DNA of 64,000 bases from a virus (Duplodnaviria > Heunggongvirae > Uroviricota > Caudoviricetes), in IMG/VR virus record IMGVR_UViG_3300031963_006119. The stretch is one strand, 5' to 3'. The notes under the pieces were generated by a model. It did no database searches and was not told where the DNA came from. It worked only from the letters and a program-made list of their open reading frames with translations. Shown here piece by piece: positions 61,507-64,000 of this stretch; position 1 is the first letter of the stretch; every line of letters begins with the position of its first letter. Made by a program: the position numbers and the translations under genes.

Positions 61507-64000
61507 ATGGCAAGAAAAGAGATTAACATTGGCGTAGAAGGCAATGACGGCACAGGTGATAGTATCCGTGAGTCGTTTAGAAAGACCAACGAAAACTTTA
61601 ATGAACTATATGCTATTTTTGGAGCAGGCGGTACTATTAGATTTACTACGCTAAGTGATACTCCTGACGGCTATGAACCTAATACTGTATTATTTGTTGA
61701 TTCAAACGCTGACGGAATTAAATTTAGAGCCTTAGCTTCTAATTCAGCTGCTGATCCTACTGCCGACGATAGTATTTTAATTAGCTATGATACTCCTAAT
61801 AAAATTGTACTGTCAACATCTTTCAGAGCATTATCACAAGATTTATCACCGCAATTAGGCGGTCCTTTAGATGGAAGAAATAAAGCTATTGCTCGTATAG
61901 CAATATCACAAGAAGCAGTTGACGAGTTTAACGCAGAACAACCTAATCCTCAAATAACCATTGACGATCTAGTTATTACCAAAGGTTACGCTGATAATAG
62001 ATATATTGCGGGTGCCTTACCAATTAGAATTCCAGACGAGCCTGCTAATGCAAGTGATTATACGTTGGTTATTGAATCTTATTCAAATGGTAATATTGTA
62101 GTTACTGGTCACGGATTTGACAATACCATTAACGGAACTCCTTACAAATTTCGAGCAGAAGATACTGATCCATCCGGAATAGTAACTGATACAACTTATT
62201 ATTTACGGTATGCTACAGCAAATCAATTAAGTGTACATGCTACCAGAGCCGATGCTACTGTTCTAAGTCAGTCCGATGCCAATACAAATAAGATATTCAT
62301 TACGGGTACTATTGGTGTAGATGATGAGCATATTTTTGTTGATGCTGCATACGACTCAAACTTACAAGGATTTTATCTAGCTAATCAAGCAATACCTAGA
62401 AAATCAGTAGTTCGCCGTCAGGGTGATAAGATGACTGGACCGTTGATACTGCATGACAGCCCAGGCGAACTTGCAGGGCTAGCCAGCAGCGATGAAGATT
62501 TACAAGCAGCAACTAAATTTTATGTTGACAATACCAGTTATGCTAGTATCAGTAACTTATATGTAACTACGCAGGGCGACGATAGAATGACAGGAGTGCC
62601 AGCTGGTAAAGCAGGAACTTCTTGGAGTTATGCGTATAGAACTATTAACGCAGCAGCTCGGCGAGCTGAAGAAATTATTCAAGCATCTGAAGCTGAACCC
62701 GGTCCGTACATGCAGACTATTACTCGAGACGGCGGCACAACACCAGCTGAAGTACTTGAAGCTGCCATTGTTACTCCTGTGTTTAATCAAGCAAGGTATT
62801 TGATCGAACAAAATAGAGCGTTTGTTGTTAGTGAAGTTACAGGTTACTTACAATTTAAATATCCTAATTTTGATTATAATATTGAAACTTGCGAACGTGA
62901 TCTAGGTTTGATTTTAGATTCTATTGCATTTGATATTAATAGAGGACCCGCAGTTGATGCTACAGCTAACTACCTAACAAGATTGGCTGCTGAAAGATAT
63001 TATGCTAATGCAAGTGCTATTGTAGCAATTACAAGACAATTAACAGAAACTGTTGATGCTATTAATACTGCAAGAGATATGATTGCAGCAGTTCTGTTAA
63101 ATCGTCCATATTTACAAAGACCAATATCAAATATTACACAAGCAGCTATAGCAAGAGTTACTACTAGCGTTTCACATAATCTAGTAAGCGGTAATCAGGT
63201 GATTATTAAAAATGTATCTGGTATGACACAGGTCAACGAGAACGTTTATTATGTAAGAGTAGTAAGCCCAAATCAATTTGAGTTATTCACTGATCGAACA
63301 CTATTAACCGCAGTAAATTCATTATCTTTTACAGCATATAGTTCGGGCGGTATAATTGGTATTAGATATCAAGACGACGAAGGTCAATTTTTTGATATTG
63401 GTAATGATGCTGACGCAACATCAAGAACTGCTATCAGTGATAAGTTTAATTTAGTTACCAACATTATCCAGAACGGTATTAATGCTGGTGCATTAGTAGT
63501 ATATGGTAGTACATACAAAGTTGTTGTTAATAACGGCGGTCTTAGTGCAATTGACCAAGGTGTAGGCAATAACGTAGACTTATTACCAGGAAAAATACTA
63601 GTTGGTAAAATATCAGGCGCACAAGGACGTATTGTTAGCTTAACAACTAATGATCCAGCCGAAGGCGGCCAAGATAAAATTCTTGTGCATTTAATAAAGC
63701 CTATTGATTTTATACCAGGTGAAGATCTAGAGTTTGATAATTTTGTTAAACGCAAACAGATTACGATTTTTATTGAATCAGGTATTTATGAAGAAGACTA
63801 CCCTATTAAAGTTGCTGCCAACGTTTCAGTTGTGGGTGATGAATTTCGTCGCGTAATTATAAGACCAAATCGTCGAGTATCTCAATCACCTTGGGCAAGT
63901 ACTTACTTCTACAGAGATTTAGAATTTGATGGTATACCGCTGGTTACAGGAGGTAATAGATTCTATAACCAAGTAGGCGAAATACAAGGTAGATTTGGAT
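61507..64000 (+). CDS. large structural protein, tail-fiber/tailspike-like (3' partial, runs off window)
   Basis: ATG 61507 with RBS CGGAGTAAAGTATG; >830 aa open frame to window end, so it is absent from the ORF track. Beta-rich, Asn/Thr/Gly-rich composition. Confidence 0.5.
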   Translation, partial: MARKEINIGVEGNDGTGDSIRESFRKTNENFNELYAIFGAGGTIRFTTLSDTPDGYEPNTVLFVDSNADGIKFRALASNSAADPTADDSILISYDTPNKIVLSTSFRALSQDLSPQLGGPLDGRNKAIARIAISQEAVDEFNAEQPNPQITIDDLVITKGYADNRYIAGALPIRIPDEPANASDYTLVIESYSNGNIVVTGHGFDNTINGTPYKFRAEDTDPSGIVTDTTYYLRYATANQLSVHATRADATVLSQSDANTNKIFITGTIGVDDEHIFVDAAYDSNLQGFYLANQAIPRKSVVRRQGDKMTGPLILHDSPGELAGLASSDEDLQAATKFYVDNTSYASISNLYVTTQGDDRMTGVPAGKAGTSWSYAYRTINAAARRAEEIIQASEAEPGPYMQTITRDGGTTPAEVLEAAIVTPVFNQARYLIEQNRAFVVSEVTGYLQFKYPNFDYNIETCERDLGLILDSIAFDINRGPAVDATANYLTRLAAERYYANASAIVAITRQLTETVDAINTARDMIAAVLLNRPYLQRPISNITQAAIARVTTSVSHNLVSGNQVIIKNVSGMTQVNENVYYVRVVSPNQFELFTDRTLLTAVNSLSFTAYSSGGIIGIRYQDDEGQFFDIGNDADATSRTAISDKFNLVTNIIQNGINAGALVVYGSTYKVVVNNGGLSAIDQGVGNNVDLLPGKILVGKISGAQGRIVSLTTNDPAEGGQDKILVHLIKPIDFIPGEDLEFDNFVKRKQITIFIESGIYEEDYPIKVAANVSVVGDEFRRVIIRPNRRVSQSPWASTYFYRDLEFDGIPLVTGGNRFYNQVGEIQGRFG

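Overview
This AT-rich window (roughly 38-40% GC by eye) looks like an internal segment of a large virulent dsDNA phage genome, of the marine myovirus or jumbo-phage style, and not a bacterial chromosome. About 100 tightly packed genes lie almost entirely on the + strand, many with stop/start overlaps. There are many TTGACA-17-TATAAT promoters and classic rho-independent terminators. Four isolated loci are on the - strand. The window carries a dense set of auxiliary or host-takeover genes. A 7.4-kb tRNA island (40.1-47.5 kb) holds at least 26 hand-folded tRNAs, two of them with a CAT anticodon; one further, atypical tRNA lies on the - strand. An RNA polymerase omega homolog sits inside the array. 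Homologs of ribosomal protein S21 and translation factor IF-1 are present, plus a TilS-like PP-loop ATPase. ClpP, ClpS and an IbpA-like small heat-shock protein are encoded. Metabolic genes include GMP reductase, heme oxygenase with a ferredoxin-dependent bilin reductase, and an AhpC/AhpD peroxidase pair. There is a B12-binding radical SAM enzyme and a CHASE2-sensor nucleotidyl cyclase. DNA transaction genes include ATP-dependent DNA ligase, UvdE, endonuclease VII, phosphatases, a kinase and a QueD-like enzyme. The most unusual content falls in three groups. First, a phage-borne curli-type secretion module: a CsgF-like protein, CsgG fused to an SH3b-like tail, a curlin-repeat protein and a FecR-domain protein. 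It is preceded by an OmpA/OmpW-like outer-membrane beta-barrel (OMP), lipoproteins and a SleB-type cell wall hydrolase. Second, non-coding RNA candidates in the tRNA island: a GC-rich about 0.5-kb element with RNase P RNA (M1)-like conserved motifs, and a promoter-driven about 1.2-kb ORF-free region with repeated CTCGCAAGG motifs and a tmRNA-like T-arm fragment. Third, an orphan 23-aa PqqA-like peptide gene. Identifications rest on reading the translated ORFs and sequence motifs from memory of the protein and RNA families; no searches were run. Coordinates of RNA features are hand-derived and may be off by a few nt.
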